Source: Sphagnum compactum (taxonomy: Eukaryota). From it: a stretch of 64,000 nucleotides of DNA. This document shows positions 63,233 to 64,000 of the stretch, in pieces (the first letter of the stretch is position 1; every line of letters starts with the position of its first letter). The notes below the pieces were generated by a model that was not told where the DNA came from, did not search any database, and worked only from the letters and a program-made list of their open reading frames with translations. The position numbers were made by a program, and so were the translations under genes. The stretch covers positions 23,178,213 to 23,242,212 of the forward strand of contig OZ234493.1 in assembly GCA_965153455.1 (NCBI GenBank), written 5' to 3'.

Positions 63233-63386
63233 CACTACTACAAAATGTGGGTATAGTTCACTAGTCCCAATTCACTAGACTAGTGAATTCACTACTTCTT
63301 CACTGGTCCCTGTTCACTACATTTAGTGAATTCACTCAAAATCCAATGAAATCACTTGGCGTACAGGTACACCTTTTGTTGTAGTG
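63233..63386. mobile_element. Miniature CACTA (En/Spm) element with 3-bp TSD
   Basis: TTG|CACTACTACAAAATGTG ... CACCTTTTGTTGTAGTG|TTG, with internal TTCACT/AGTGAA repeats in both orientations. Degenerate relatives occur at ~21527-21770. Confidence 0.85.
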
Positions 63387-63764
63387 TTGTGATACAAGAA
63401 AATAGTTACTTTCTAACTTAAACTTTTCTTATGTATTGTAAGTTGTACCAAAAGGTGTAGATTACTTGAACATCAATTTGAGATTCTTTCCACCACTATT
63501 GTTACCTTCCATGGTTGTAGCTATTGTTTAGCAAGTAGTTGCAAACCAACAAAACTAAGTAATTATATCATGGGGAAAAAAAGATATATATATAAAATTA
63601 TAAACTAACTTCATAAAGTAATATACCATCCTACATCACCTAATGCAAGGTGTTCAACCATCTCTAAGTAAGAAAATATAAGTAAATTTATTCTCCCCAC
63701 ATTCTACAATAACCATTGAATGTTCCAAAAATTTCAATAAGTACGTTTTTGTCCCTCATAGTAA

Positions 63765-63945
63765 TATTTCTTTAACCACCTTCCATGTATTTGAGGAATC
63801 ATACAACATAAGTCTTTTTCCATTGAATTTACACGATTGTATTACTTTCCAAGCATTATACAACTTCTCCCAAGGTCTCTCCAAATCTTCCTCTAATTCT
63901 ATTAAATTAGACTAAAACAAATGGGCCATCCAAGTTTTTTCCAAC
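63765..63945 (-). mobile_element. Possible Ty3/Gypsy integrase C-terminal relic
   Basis: Broken minus-strand W-R-(G)-P-like and NGKRLMLY / HGRWLKKYY motifs resemble the gypsy integrase tail. Confidence 0.3.
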
Positions 63946-64000
63946 AAACATAAAAATAATCAAAAAACCATAAACGTAGAAAAATGAGGAACGAAAGAGG

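Overview
Eukaryotic nuclear DNA from a land plant, most likely a bryophyte such as a Sphagnum-like moss (inference from gene content and repeat style). It has AT-rich, transposon-relic-filled intergenic regions and GT-AG spliced genes. Genes reconstructed by hand: (1) an intron-retaining RPL37 pseudogene (+, 1804-3698); (2) a 12-exon C2-type phospholipase D (-, 5478-11003); (3) a neprosin-family glutamic peptidase with an uninterrupted CDS (-, 25448-26848); (4) a conserved 6-exon plant protein containing an AT-AC U12-type intron (+, 34646-36990); (5) a small secreted Cys-rich protein resembling microbial SH3b-type domains (-, 44313-44636); (6) a 4-exon PLS-class PPR-DYW editing factor (-, 55970-59676). 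The spliced N-terminus of gene 6 carries a mitochondrial-type presequence and a complete OSB-type 'PDF' ssDNA-binding motif, which is the most unusual architecture in the window. Mobile DNA includes two related solo LTRs (one with a perfect 5-bp TSD), two Tourist-like MITEs, a 154-bp CACTA element with a 3-bp TSD, a CAG-ended TIR element, and decayed gag, integrase and hAT transposase relics. No rRNA, intact tRNA or CRISPR array was seen. Family assignments come from recalled motifs, not database searches.
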